From: Octopus vulgaris
Lineage: Eukaryota
Direction: 5' to 3'
Length of the DNA: 64,000 nucleotides
NCBI GenBank assembly: GCA_951406725.2
Contig: OX597817.1
Location: forward strand, 147,684,001 to 147,748,000
This document shows, one piece after another, positions 63,511 to 64,000 of this stretch (the first letter of the stretch is position 1; each line of letters starts with the position of its first letter). The position numbers and the translations under genes were made by a program. The notes beneath the pieces are model-generated. The model was given only the letters and a program-made list of their open reading frames with translations, made no database searches and was not told where the DNA came from.

Positions 63511-64000
63511 TCTATATATATAAAACTGTAGTTGTGTGAGTGTCTGTCCCCTTCGATTTAGATTCCTAACTACTCCCACATTTTGCGGTGCAGTTTAACC
63601 AAATTCGGGTATCTTATAGTCGTGATTCGTATCAAGCCCGTCTGAGTACTAGCGCGCGTCTACGATGAGTCTACGATTTTAAAAATAATTTAACATCATT
63701 TTTTATTCCATTTTAATGCATAATTTTTCGTGTGTCGATGGCGGCGGAGTTGGCGTCCATGGTCACACCTGCACCTGTTTGCTTCTCCCCCTCCTTCCCT
63801 CCCTCGTGAAGCTGTGGGGAAGGGAGTGTAAGGAAATCAACGTCGTAAAGCGTTGTCAAGGAGACCAGCGTTCTTTTAGAACAACGACTTCATGGCTTGA
63901 AGACACCAAAACAGAAATGGCTAAGAAAGCCCGAATTGGCATCTATAAGGGAAGTAACTCTCTAAAAATGCTTATATAGTTATTTCCCTTACAAACCCGA
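63511..64000 (+). mobile_element. Non-autonomous Helitron-like element running off the window end
   Basis: 5' TCTATATATATAAAACTGTAGTTGTGTG. The window ends with ACAAACCCGA, identical to the sequence leading into the 3' hairpin of the 30504 element. Confidence 0.7.

Overview
Eukaryotic, AT-rich, microsatellite-saturated DNA that is intergenic or a very long intron. The repeat repertoire looks like a coleoid cephalopod, probably Octopus; this is an inference, not a database result. I found no credible host protein-coding exon. The long ORFs are either translated simple repeats or decayed transposon fragments: two mariner transposases, mariner-derived MITEs, CR1-type and RTE-type LINE reverse transcriptases, and two Penelope-like GIY-YIG endonuclease ends. 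Three tRNA-headed SINE families (called A, B and C here), non-autonomous Helitron-like elements, foldback elements and a TTAGGG-like tract fill much of the rest. The most interesting signal is a set of type I hammerhead ribozyme (HHR) folds read directly from the sequence. Well-formed or single-variant cores lie at 7719-7764, 32126-32178, 47472-47524, 47732-47777, 56217-56254 and 60593-60680, with decayed ones at about 11437, 16551 and 41881. They sit in unrelated short elements, several inside (TA)n tracts, two next to Penelope GIY-YIG ends, and one fused to a tRNA-like Pol III head. Together they suggest a diverse Penelope-dependent family of ribozyme-bearing, retrozyme-like non-autonomous retroelements. 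Folding and alignment were done by eye, and boundaries of decayed repeats are approximate.
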